Positions 39,720 to 48,927 of a DNA stretch of 64,000 bases are shown piece after piece. The translations under genes and the position numbers were made by a program. The notes beneath the pieces were generated by a model. The model searched no databases. It saw only the letters and a list, made by a program, of their open reading frames with translations, and was not told where the DNA came from. This DNA is from Desulfurococcaceae archaeon (lineage in GTDB: Archaea; Thermoproteota; Thermoprotei_A; Sulfolobales; Desulfurococcaceae): contig JAWAJB010000001.1 in assembly GCA_038888155.1 (NCBI GenBank), positions 128,001-192,000 of the forward strand, written 5' to 3'. Each line of letters begins with the position of its first letter. The first letter of the stretch is position 1.

Positions 39720-40443
39720 ATTCCTCGTGTTTTGAGGAGTTGCCAAGTATTTTCTCTAGTACCTTATCGTTTAAATCGTAAACAGATTTCGCGATAGCTC
39801 TTACATATTCATCGCTAGGCGTTGACTTGGGGAAGTTTATTCGAATGGCGAGTGCCTTTTTAAAGGCCTCTTTTTCATCTCTGTTTCTAACCTCGCCCCG
39901 GTATATAGCCTCTGTCAAAAGCAGCCCAATAAAGAACTTAGCGTAGTTTCTCACCGTTTTCTCCTCTTCGGGGAAGACCTTGAGAATTTTGTGTAAAATA
40001 TTTTTAAAATCCTCTTCAGATAGGAATCCCAGTAAAAGCATAGTTAGAGGTAATCTAAGCAACCTTGCAACAGTATTGCTCTCTATTGTACCAGATGGAG
40101 ACATCTTTGCCAACTCTTCGCGCGCGACTTCAAAGCGGTCCTCAAGTATACTGTGTAAAGCTCTTTCGAGAATCCCCTCAATGTAGAATATATTATCAAA
40201 AAGCTCTGGGTACTCTTGGTCTAACTTAAGTCCATGTTTCCCAACGACGTACAGTGTTGCCATTTCTTTATCGTAGATATCTTCTGGTACTGCCTTACCT
40301 CGTATTGGCTGGATCTTCTCTGATTGATAGGCTTTCTTTAGTATTTCAACGGCATCTCCTCGCTTTATTCTATCTGCGGCTTTTACTAACTCTCCGAGTA
40401 AAGAGACTGCTACCTGTATTCTTTTTCTGTGAGGCGATCTCAC
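39712..40443 (-). CDS. Conserved crenarchaeal protein (DUF2192-like)
   Basis: I.PIRG...P.DIYDKEMATLYVVGK.GL motif recognised from crenarchaeal proteins. Confidence 0.65.
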   Translation of the reverse strand: MRSPHRKRIQVAVSLLGELVKAADRIKRGDAVEILKKAYQSEKIQPIRGKAVPEDIYDKEMATLYVVGKHGLKLDQEYPELFDNIFYIEGILERALHSILEDRFEVAREELAKMSPSGTIESNTVARLLRLPLTMLLLGFLSEEDFKNILHKILKVFPEEEKTVRNYAKFFIGLLLTEAIYRGEVRNRDEKEAFKKALAIRINFPKSTPSDEYVRAIAKSVYDLNDKVLEKILGNSSKHEEST

Positions 40444-40621
40444 GACTGCTAGTCACCTTCAGCGATTTGGCTCCAATGAGATTTCTTTACCGAGACCAAA
40501 ATTACTCTTTTCTGTAGTACTCTTTATATTTGATTTCTCTAGTTGTCAAAGGTATCTATCCACGCATTCGACTTGTTCATTAACCTGCTCTTTTCGGCAA
40601 CGAGTTCAATAGATTGAGTGC

Positions 40622-40999
40622 TCACTGTTTCCACTGGTATCTTACCTTGATGTACCCCAGCGACTCTAGGATCTCTACATACCAGCCCGCTATCTGCACG
40701 AACAGCAGTTTTTTGGCCTCTGTGCAGTCTACAACAACTCCATAGGCTTCTTTAAAGGCTTCTGAGCACAGGTCGCAGTCAATTGAGCTCTCGAATTTTG
40801 TTCTAATTAGTTCAATAATGTCGCCAAACGACAAACCAGCCTCGCTAATAGCTTTAATTATTTCCGATAAAATTTCTGAAGTAGGTAGCAAAGATGAACA
40901 GTCTTCCTTTAGCTGTTTGCACTTTTTCATATAACCTAAGAGGAACCTGTAGTCCTCAATAACACTTCCAGTCGATAGGAATGGTCTCTCGTCCATCAA
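40622..40999 (-). CDS. Hypothetical protein
   Basis: 125-aa ORF overlapping the upstream HTH gene stop. Confidence 0.65.
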   Translation of the reverse strand: MMDERPFLSTGSVIEDYRFLLGYMKKCKQLKEDCSSLLPTSEILSEIIKAISEAGLSFGDIIELIRTKFESSIDCDLCSEAFKEAYGVVVDCTEAKKLLFVQIAGWYVEILESLGYIKVRYQWKQ

Positions 41000-41349
41000 G
41001 CCTGAGACCCTATTATGCTTGAGAGCTTCGCCTTTATTTCTTGTTTATGCCTCTCGTCGACTAATCTGTAAAGCCTATCTATGGCCTCAACGAGGTCGTT
41101 AATCAATATCGATATTATTGTATCTCTCTCGTATGTCGCAGACGATTCTATTGCTTTCGCTAACACTTCATCGCTTGGATGTGATATTCTCTTAGTGTAC
41201 TTTCTAACTGCCGTGGGGGATACAGCAAGTATTCTGGCAAGCTCCGTTATGCTCCTAGTGGAGAGCATTAGCTCTATAATTTTATACCTAGCGTCCTTGC
41301 TAATCCAGTGAACTGGGAAATTTGTACTCTCTACGTTCTCGAAGCCCAC
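40996..41349 (-). CDS. HTH (XRE-like) DNA-binding protein
   Basis: RSITELARILAVSPTAVRKY...SHPSD. Confidence 0.8.
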   Translation of the reverse strand: MGFENVESTNFPVHWISKDARYKIIELMLSTRSITELARILAVSPTAVRKYTKRISHPSDEVLAKAIESSATYERDTIISILINDLVEAIDRLYRLVDERHKQEIKAKLSSIIGSQA

Positions 41350-41442
41350 TTAACATCACCTGCGTCGTTGCTTTTAAACGGTCTCTATAATTCTAATAAT
41401 ATGACGAATATTAAAAGGACTTCAAAGTGTTGAGGGTCCGCC

Positions 41443-42336
41443 GTGAAACAGCAAATGCTAGTATACTACGGTGATCTTAAAATTATCGAATACCCCGGCG
41501 TAGTAATACGCAATGGCCTGCTCGTAAAGCCGATTTACGTGTATGTAGGCGAACTCGAGAGGGGATTAATTGGGGGGAATATCCCGATTACGAGGCCTGT
41601 AGTTTTAGGCTCTACAGGAGTTGTAAAAGTAGTTGAAGTGTTCGACAAGTCAACAGAGTACACTGGCAAAATGTGTACAGTCTCCCCTCTGGGCAAAGAT
41701 GGTATTCTCGGGATTGGCGAAGATGGCCTCCTTGCGTCATATGCTTCAATTCACTCTTCACATGTAGATGAAGAAACAACGAACTCAACGCCTTTTGATG
41801 CTATAAGGCCAATAATTAAGCACGGAGCTGAATTGGCGTATAAATCAAGCGAGCCTGTTTTGATAGAGGGATGCGGATTAATAGGCTTGGCAGCAGGGCT
41901 TATCCTTAGATATGGAGGCGTTGAGCCTGTTTTCTACTGTGAGTCCAGTGCTAGAAATGCCTTCGGCTTGAGTTTTCACGTAAATACCCACATTAGTAGC
42001 ATCACAAAAAAGTGGAACACTGTTATCTTGACTGATACCAGCATGCGCTCAAAGCACAGGCTATTGACAGGTGTAGACTACAATAGGCTTGTGATTTCAA
42101 AGTTGACGCTGACAAGTTGGCTTCCAATTAGAGAAACACTTTCCAGCGTTAAAGTAGAGATAGTGGGTAAAAATGAGCGCTGTGATAATATGAATGGGGA
42201 CAACTTCAAAAAAGTCCTCGGCGATGTAACTAAGAACATTAAAGTTTATCAATTGAGCAAGCTAGAGGATTCTATTGGTCTTCTTCCTCCTCGCGGTCTA
42301 GGGAGCATTTTTATATTTAGCCCTAACTTACAATGA
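41443..42336 (+). CDS. Degenerate medium-chain dehydrogenase/reductase (GroES-like + Rossmann) homolog
   Basis: P.VLG..G...V.EV, G...DG.LA.Y, VLIEGCGLIG; Zn ligands absent. Confidence 0.6.
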   Translation: MKQQMLVYYGDLKIIEYPGVVIRNGLLVKPIYVYVGELERGLIGGNIPITRPVVLGSTGVVKVVEVFDKSTEYTGKMCTVSPLGKDGILGIGEDGLLASYASIHSSHVDEETTNSTPFDAIRPIIKHGAELAYKSSEPVLIEGCGLIGLAAGLILRYGGVEPVFYCESSARNAFGLSFHVNTHISSITKKWNTVILTDTSMRSKHRLLTGVDYNRLVISKLTLTSWLPIRETLSSVKVEIVGKNERCDNMNGDNFKKVLGDVTKNIKVYQLSKLEDSIGLLPPRGLGSIFIFSPNLQ

Positions 42337-42358
42337 AAAAAGATAAAAAATTAACTAC

Positions 42359-43588
42359 CTAAGCCTCTTTAATTAGTTTTCCTAATCTTGCAATGCCCTC
42401 CTTTATTTGCTCGAAAGTAGGATAGCTGAAGTTGAGCCTCATGCTGTTCTTACCGCTGTTATCGACGTGGAATCCTGAACCAGGAATATATGCTACTCTA
42501 TACTGCTCGACAGACTTGGGTAATAGCGCATCTGCGTCAAATCCCGGCTTATTAACGTAGAGAAACACGAAGAGGCCGCCAATCGGGTTAGAGTGCCATA
42601 CATACTCTGGGAAATTCTCCTTTATTGCATTTAACATTGCTTCCTTCTTAGCTTTATATAGCGGAAGGGCTTTTGCTAAGTTTCTTTCCACGATACCTTG
42701 TTTAATAGCCTCAGCTGTAATTAGCTGATCCACATTTGAGGTGTGTAGATTTACAAATGACTTCACTAACTCGGCCTTTGATATTACATCTTGGTCTCCA
42801 ACTATCCACCCTACCCTCAGGCCTGGAGATAGTATTTTACTGATCGTGCTCGTGTAGACAATGCGGCCTTCTTTATCCATTGCCTTGAGCGGAGTTATGT
42901 CTACGTCTTTCTCGAATACTATATAACTATATGGGTCGTCCTCAAATATGATCAAATCATATTTAGATGCTATTTCGAGGAGGTGTTTCTTTCTCTCTAA
43001 GCTCATCGATACTCCACCGGGGTTCTGTGCGACCGGGATTGTGTATATGTACTTAACTTTCGAAAGCTCCTCCTTAGGTAGAGATGATAACTTTTGCTCT
43101 AATAGGTCAGTCTTCATGCCGTACTCGTCAAATGGAATGCCAATAAAGCGCACTCCTGAGACCTTAAATGCACCTATAGCAGATATGTACGTCGGGTTCT
43201 CCGTTATCACGTAGTCGCCTGGGTTGGCAAATATCTTGCCCACTAGGTAAAGGGACTCTTGGCTGCCAGTGGTGAGAATGATTTCGCTGTTTGGATCGCA
43301 TTTTATTCCCTTTGTTTTATTAACGAAGCTGCATATGGCTTCGCGAGCGTCGAACACTCCCTTTGTCTCTCCATATTGCAGTGCAACTGTGCCGTACTTA
43401 GTTATTACCTCTTTTGCAATTTCACCTATTTCTTCCTTGGGGAAAGTCGCTGGATCGGGATAGCCGCCCGTGAACGTAATCACGTCTTTTAATTTCCTCA
43501 TAATAGCTGCGAGAGCTCTTACTGCAGAAGGTTTCATGCTTAAAGCTAAGGTACTGTAGTACCTAGAGTAGTCAACCACGCATACCAC
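42359..43588 (-). CDS. PLP-dependent class I aminotransferase (aromatic / 2-aminoadipate-like)
   Basis: GGYPDP, LQYG...G, TTGSQ, ENPTY, QNPGG, EDDPY, STISKILSPGLRVG, MRLNFS. Confidence 0.92.
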   Translation of the reverse strand: MVCVVDYSRYYSTLALSMKPSAVRALAAIMRKLKDVITFTGGYPDPATFPKEEIGEIAKEVITKYGTVALQYGETKGVFDAREAICSFVNKTKGIKCDPNSEIILTTGSQESLYLVGKIFANPGDYVITENPTYISAIGAFKVSGVRFIGIPFDEYGMKTDLLEQKLSSLPKEELSKVKYIYTIPVAQNPGGVSMSLERKKHLLEIASKYDLIIFEDDPYSYIVFEKDVDITPLKAMDKEGRIVYTSTISKILSPGLRVGWIVGDQDVISKAELVKSFVNLHTSNVDQLITAEAIKQGIVERNLAKALPLYKAKKEAMLNAIKENFPEYVWHSNPIGGLFVFLYVNKPGFDADALLPKSVEQYRVAYIPGSGFHVDNSGKNSMRLNFSYPTFEQIKEGIARLGKLIKEA

Positions 43589-44130
43589 CGGTAGTTTTTA
43601 TAATGTTTTAAGCTTATAAATTTATAGTAGTTTGAATTATAAGTAATTATAGAATAAAATAAATAGGAAAGGCTAAAATTATCATATTCCTTAGATGAAA
43701 TATATATAAAAGATATGCTTACAGCTAAAAAATTACTATATATATCCTAACATATTTCGCTCAACACCGTGATAAAACAAGGCTAATTAGTTCACGCGCT
43801 TTTTGCAGGAGTCAAGATCAAGGTGAGAAGTTTGAGGTTTGGTTTAATTAGTCATGTAAATTTATGGGGGTTGGTATAAGCGGTAAAAATTGTTACTAGA
43901 ATAAATTGCTAAATAAAAATATTCCTGCCCGTTTAAATTGCAGTTTGGGAATAAAACGGGCTACTCTTAGGAAATTTCACAAGATAGTTGAACTATAATC
44001 AAAGATCATCTAGCTTCTCCTAGCGTAGCTCCTTGGTAACCTCTTAAGTTCGTGGCGAAGGGATATTAACATTGGATTCATTGATGGAGAGAGGCTTAAC
44101 GAGGGAGGAAAAACACGGCTGTCTAAATCT

Positions 44131-44535
44131 CTATAAAGTAGGCCTATATGCTATACCGTAGTATATAAGTCCGTGCTCACCGTCGCTAGATACCTTTCTT
44201 ATTACAGGCTCCATCAGCATTCCAATGCTAAGCTCAGCTAACAAAACATCAGTTAAAGGAGCCACTATTCTCGCCTTAGTGTTTACTGTTTCAAGTAAAC
44301 CCAATACAACTGGTTTCCTGTCCTCGAAGCCATCCATGGCATTATAAATTACTGTCCAGGTGATTAGCTTGGCCCTCTCGTTAATTAACTCAATATACTC
44401 AATTTCCCTCGACCCACATGACCTGCACTTATCTGCCGGCGGATACAGTGTTCTTCCGCATGCTCTGCATTTGCTGGCTACTAGCCTATATCTGTGGACT
44501 CTTGTTCTCCAAAACGGGGGTATAATTCCCTTCAT
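44131..44535 (-). CDS. DUF35 Zn-ribbon/OB-fold protein (thiolase/HMG-CoA synthase scaffold family)
   Basis: CRACG..YPP...CRSCG, TWTVI, G.I.YG; directly downstream of HMG-CoA synthase. Confidence 0.9.
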   Translation of the reverse strand: MKGIIPPFWRTRVHRYRLVASKCRACGRTLYPPADKCRSCGSREIEYIELINERAKLITWTVIYNAMDGFEDRKPVVLGLLETVNTKARIVAPLTDVLLAELSIGMLMEPVIRKVSSDGEHGLIYYGIAYRPTL

Positions 44536-44554
44536 ATTTCAAACACCTCACATA

Positions 44555-45610
44555 TCACTCTCTGTATATCAACCCTCTGTACTTAGAGTAAAACGCGTAG
44601 TTTATGGGGCTTTTCCTAGCAAGGTAGTCATTAACTGTTGGGGCCTTATCTATTTTCGTTGATATGTTATCTGCAACAACGAGGCTGAACGCATCTGAGC
44701 CCGCCCCGCTACCGAAAGGAGCTAATAGAATGCGTTGTCCTGGCTTCGCCTGATCCAATATTCTCGCTAATCCTATTAAAGCTGATGCATTATAGCTGTT
44801 GCCTATAAATGGAGTTACAAGACCTTGTACTACCTTTTCCTTGGGGAACCCCAGCATTCTAGCAACTCGAAGTGGGAAAGTTCCATTTGGTTGGTGAAAT
44901 ACAGCGTAATTGAAGTCGTCGGGTTTGAGACCTGTCTTCTCGAATAGCGTTTTAACAGCTCCAATAATGTGCTTAAAGTAAGCGGGTTCACCTGTAAAAG
45001 CTTCACCGTGAGATGGGTACTTTGAAAAGTCCCTTCTCCAAAAATCGGGAGTGTCAGTAACGTAAGTTGCACTAGCCTCGAAGTATGCTACTGCCTCTTC
45101 TCTTCTCCCTATAACAAAGGCAGCTGCAGCTGATGATGCTGTGAACTCGAGTACATCACCAGGATTTGCCTGAGCAGTATCGCTACCAATTACTAAAGTA
45201 TACTTTGTTAAACCCGAGGCAACCGTTCCTATGCTTACCCTTATTGCCTCGCTAGCAGCCCTACATGCGAATTCCCAGTCTGTCGCCATTGTATGTGGGG
45301 TAATGCCAAGAGCCTCTGCTATGATGGTCGCAGAGGGCTTAACTGCGTAGGGCTTGCTCTCGGTTCCAAACCACACTGCTCCTATATCCTTTGGATTTAC
45401 TCCTGCTCTCCTAAGGGCATTCCTAGCAGCTTCCCATCCCATTGTGACGGCATCTTCATCGAATCCTCCTACACTCTTCTCTTGAACTCCAAGTTCTTCG
45501 GGTTGATCCGGGCTAAATCCCCAGACTTCGGCAATTTCTTTTAAACTTAATCGCCACCTTGGAATGTACGCCCCCCAGCCAACGATGCCGACAAGTTCCT
45601 CGGGCTTCAA
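44555..45610 (-). CDS. Hydroxymethylglutaryl-CoA synthase (archaeal type)
   Basis: GTESKPYAVKP, FAC (catalytic Cys), DTPDFWRR, FHQPN, GN.Y, FGSGAGSD. Confidence 0.93.
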   Translation of the reverse strand: MKPEELVGIVGWGAYIPRWRLSLKEIAEVWGFSPDQPEELGVQEKSVGGFDEDAVTMGWEAARNALRRAGVNPKDIGAVWFGTESKPYAVKPSATIIAEALGITPHTMATDWEFACRAASEAIRVSIGTVASGLTKYTLVIGSDTAQANPGDVLEFTASSAAAAFVIGRREEAVAYFEASATYVTDTPDFWRRDFSKYPSHGEAFTGEPAYFKHIIGAVKTLFEKTGLKPDDFNYAVFHQPNGTFPLRVARMLGFPKEKVVQGLVTPFIGNSYNASALIGLARILDQAKPGQRILLAPFGSGAGSDAFSLVVADNISTKIDKAPTVNDYLARKSPINYAFYSKYRGLIYRE

Positions 45611-45680
45611 AAATATGCACCTTGGTAATAATAGCTCGGATTAAAATATAACTTTATCGCCGAGAGGTGCAGATCTGGTT

Positions 45681-46745
45681 TTGGTAAGTATTGTGGAACA
45701 ACTCAATATCTTAGGAAGATTTAGCAATGGCAGATTAATATATAGAGTACCGAAAAATGCACCTACATTCGGTTATATCGCGTTTGGAATTGTTGATAGG
45801 GGCACTAATGTGCTTCAAGTTAGGCCGACAACTATCTGTCCGCAAAACTGTATTTTCTGCAGCGTTGATGCAGGCACGCGCTCAACTCATAGGTGGGCTG
45901 AATACATTGTAGAACCAGAGGCAATCGTAGAAGGCACCAAGGCGGCAATCGCCGAGAAGGAGAGCAACGTTGAAGCTCTTCTCGATACTGTTGGAGACGT
46001 GCTCACGTATCCTCGCCTAGTCGATCTAGTGAAATCTCTCCGTGAGACTGGGGGCGTTAAGTCCATAGCACTAGAGACTCATGGGTTGTTGCTTTCTAAG
46101 CAACTAGTAGATAGATTAGCAGAGGCCGGTCTCAGTAGGATAAACCTTAGTTTAGAAACCCTGAATGCTGAAAAGGCACGCTACCTCTACGGTACAAGTG
46201 CATATAGGTTGGATAGAGTAGTAGAGGTCGCAGAATACGTCGCCAGGGAAACTCCGATTGACCTTCACGTTTCACCCGTCTGGCTACCGGGAATAAATGA
46301 TAAAGATATTGTTGATGTAATAAATTGGGCTTTGCGAATAGGGGCAGGAAAGAAATGGCCTCCGGTTAGTATCCAAAAATTCGTAAAGCATAAACACGGC
46401 AGAGGGTATGGTCTAAGGGAGGTAAGCTGGGGTGCCTTTTGGCATTTCATTGAAGACCTCCAGAGAAAACTCGGCACAAGGCTAAAGTGGAATATGAGCG
46501 AGTGGGGGATGCACTATACTAAGAGAGTGCGTAACTTCTTGCGAGAAGGAGACATAGTCGAAGTTAATGTTATCTCACGAGGATGGCTACGTGGAGAGTA
46601 CCTAGGAAGCTATCAGCGCAGATCCCTAGTGGCTCTTTTCTCAGATCAAGGGTGGTTGAGGATAGGTCAGAAGTACCTAGCTAAGGTACTTAGCAATAAA
46701 GATGGGTTAAATCTCGCAAAAGTTGTTAAGCCGTGTAGGTTTTAG
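45681..46745 (+). CDS. Radical SAM protein with C-terminal TRAM-like domain (uncharacterised archaeal family)
   Basis: FG.VDRGTN.LQVRP, CPQNCIFC, PVWLPG.ND, Q....KHGR. Confidence 0.88.
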   Translation: MVSIVEQLNILGRFSNGRLIYRVPKNAPTFGYIAFGIVDRGTNVLQVRPTTICPQNCIFCSVDAGTRSTHRWAEYIVEPEAIVEGTKAAIAEKESNVEALLDTVGDVLTYPRLVDLVKSLRETGGVKSIALETHGLLLSKQLVDRLAEAGLSRINLSLETLNAEKARYLYGTSAYRLDRVVEVAEYVARETPIDLHVSPVWLPGINDKDIVDVINWALRIGAGKKWPPVSIQKFVKHKHGRGYGLREVSWGAFWHFIEDLQRKLGTRLKWNMSEWGMHYTKRVRNFLREGDIVEVNVISRGWLRGEYLGSYQRRSLVALFSDQGWLRIGQKYLAKVLSNKDGLNLAKVVKPCRF

Positions 46746-46751
46746 ATCTGC

Positions 46752-46970
46752 CTATTTTTTTCTCTTAGAGGTAGAGATCAATGATACTACCCCGTGTATT
46801 GAAAGGGCCAACCCCATTATGGACAGCGCATAGCACAATAGCAGAAGCGGAATGTTAGAAGGAATTACCCTTATAACGGCGAGGAATGTGACAAACCAAC
46901 CAGTGAATAGCATGAAAGATCCAATCATGATCTCAAGTTTTTCCGAGTATTTCTCCATCCTACTCGGCAT
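46752..46970 (-). CDS. Small two-TM membrane protein at end of peptide ABC operon
   Basis: 72 aa, two hydrophobic helices, basic tail, overlaps ATPase stop. Confidence 0.6.
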   Translation of the reverse strand: MPSRMEKYSEKLEIMIGSFMLFTGWFVTFLAVIRVIPSNIPLLLLCYALSIMGLALSIHGVVSLISTSKRKK

Positions 46971-47970
46971 AAAGCCAACACTTCACTTTACTCCCACTAG
47001 AAAGGTTTGTCATGGGTGGCTCCTCTATTTTACATTTATCTCTAACGTGTGGGCACCTCGGCCACAGCCTACAACCTTGTGGAGGCTTTATTAAGTTAGG
47101 CGGTTCGCCCGGCAAGGTTTCCTTTAATATGTGCCTGTTCTCAGGATCGGGATCTGGTAGAACGTTTATAAGCGCCCTAGTGTATGGGTGTTTTGGACTA
47201 TAGATTAGCTCCCTCGAGCTCCCCATCTCTACTACTTGGCCAGCGTACATTACCATTATTTCGTCAGAGAAATACTTTGCAGTTGCAAAATCGTGAGTTA
47301 TGTATATGACCGTTAGATCATATTTGTTTTTTAACTCTCTGAACATTGTCAATATCTCAACACGTACAGACGCATCTAGCATTGAAACTGGTTCGTCGGC
47401 AACTACTAATTTGGGGCCCAGCACAAGTGCCCTAGCAATAGCCACTCTCTGCAACTGCCCACCGCTTAGCATGTGGGGGTATTTATTTAAGAAATCCTCG
47501 GGGGGAGTAAGTCCTACTTCTTTGAGTATTTTGTAAATCCTCTCCAACCTCTCTGTTTTCTGGACTCCATGTATCCTCATAGGCTCCTCTAGGATTGCTT
47601 TTATAGTCATAAATGGCGGCATTGCACCGTATGGATCCTGTTGAATTAAGCCTACCTTTGTAGTGTAAATTTTCCTCAAAGTAGTTCTAGAGACCTTGGT
47701 GATATCAACTCCATCAAACAATATATTACCGCTGTAGGCTGGTACAAGTCCCATAATAGCCCTCGCCAACGTTGTTTTTCCACAACCGGACTCGCCAACA
47801 ATGGCCAATATCTTACCTTTAGGTACACTAAATGAAACTCCATCAACTGCCCTTACATATCCTGCTATTGTGAGAAACTTTCTTATAGGGTACCATACCT
47901 TGAGGTCTTTGACTGCCAATATATCTGTATATTTTCCTACCTCCTTAGCAGGTAGACTATTTTCCACCAT
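46960..47970 (-). CDS. Oligopeptide/dipeptide ABC transporter ATP-binding subunit (OppF/DppF-like)
   Basis: GESGCGKTT, LSGGQLQR, DEPVSMLD, HPYT, C-terminal GCRL.PRCP. Confidence 0.93.
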   Translation of the reverse strand: MVENSLPAKEVGKYTDILAVKDLKVWYPIRKFLTIAGYVRAVDGVSFSVPKGKILAIVGESGCGKTTLARAIMGLVPAYSGNILFDGVDITKVSRTTLRKIYTTKVGLIQQDPYGAMPPFMTIKAILEEPMRIHGVQKTERLERIYKILKEVGLTPPEDFLNKYPHMLSGGQLQRVAIARALVLGPKLVVADEPVSMLDASVRVEILTMFRELKNKYDLTVIYITHDFATAKYFSDEIMVMYAGQVVEMGSSRELIYSPKHPYTRALINVLPDPDPENRHILKETLPGEPPNLIKPPQGCRLWPRCPHVRDKCKIEEPPMTNLSSGSKVKCWLYAE

Positions 47971-48916
47971 AAAGCCAACACCTCACGTATTCCTCTGGTC
48001 CGAGTTTAGTTAGAGGAGGAGGCTGTTCACATATAGCCATTGACCTAGGGCACCTAGGCCTGAACCTACACCCTTTCGGTGGACTTATTAAACTAGGAGG
48101 AGTACCAGGTATAGAGGTTATTGGGGCGTCTGATCGTAGCCTTGGGACGCTCCCCAAGAGGCCCTTGCTGTAGGGATGGAGTGGATCAACATAGGTTTTC
48201 TCTGCGGGCCCAAGCTCCACTATCTGGCCGGCGTACATTACAGACACTTTATCAGCCAATTCGCTTGAGGTGGCTATATCATGCGTTATAAGTATGTAAG
48301 TTACATTCATCTTCTTTTTTAACACCTTTAACATGTTCATAATATTTGCTTGAGTCATTACATCGAGCGCTGACGTTGGCTCGTCTAATATAACTACTCT
48401 AGGGTTCGTTATCAGGGATAGGGCTATTACTATTCGTTGCCTCATCCCACCGCTTAATTCAAATGAGTACCTCCACAAGAAGTCTTCAGCTATTCCTACT
48501 TGCTTAACAATTTCTTTTGCCTTCTCTACCGCTTCCATCCTAGGCGTCTGAAAGTGCACTACTAGAGGCTCGATTAGGTGATCAATTACTTTTATTACGG
48601 GATTTAGAGAGTTTATTGCAGCCTGTGATACATAAGTTATCTTCCTCCACTTTATTTTCCTATCAAACTCTGAGCTGTCCATACCAATGGTTTCAACTCC
48701 ATCAACTACTACGCTACCCGATAATTCAGCAACGTTTCTTGGAAGAAATCTTATTATAGCGCGAGCGAGGGATGTTTTACCGCAACCGGATTCCCCGATT
48801 AGCGCTATTGCCTCCCGCTCCCTAAGAGAGAAAGTTGCATCCTCTACTGCCCGCACAATTCCGCTCATAGTCCTATAGTACAGCTTTAAGTCACTAACTT
48901 TAAGTACCTCTGACAA
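47957..48916 (-). CDS. Oligopeptide/dipeptide ABC transporter ATP-binding subunit (OppD/DppD-like)
   Basis: GESGCGKT, LSGGMRQR, DEPTSALD, HPYS, GCRFRPRCP. Confidence 0.93.
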   Translation of the reverse strand: MSEVLKVSDLKLYYRTMSGIVRAVEDATFSLREREAIALIGESGCGKTSLARAIIRFLPRNVAELSGSVVVDGVETIGMDSSEFDRKIKWRKITYVSQAAINSLNPVIKVIDHLIEPLVVHFQTPRMEAVEKAKEIVKQVGIAEDFLWRYSFELSGGMRQRIVIALSLITNPRVVILDEPTSALDVMTQANIMNMLKVLKKKMNVTYILITHDIATSSELADKVSVMYAGQIVELGPAEKTYVDPLHPYSKGLLGSVPRLRSDAPITSIPGTPPSLISPPKGCRFRPRCPRSMAICEQPPPLTKLGPEEYVRCWLYGGK

Positions 48917-48927
48917 GCTTTCACCAC

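Noticed and set aside
43589-44130. Replication origin in the AT-rich gap
   Set aside because: No ORB-like TCCA...GAAA...GGGG repeats and no cdc6/orc1 neighbour
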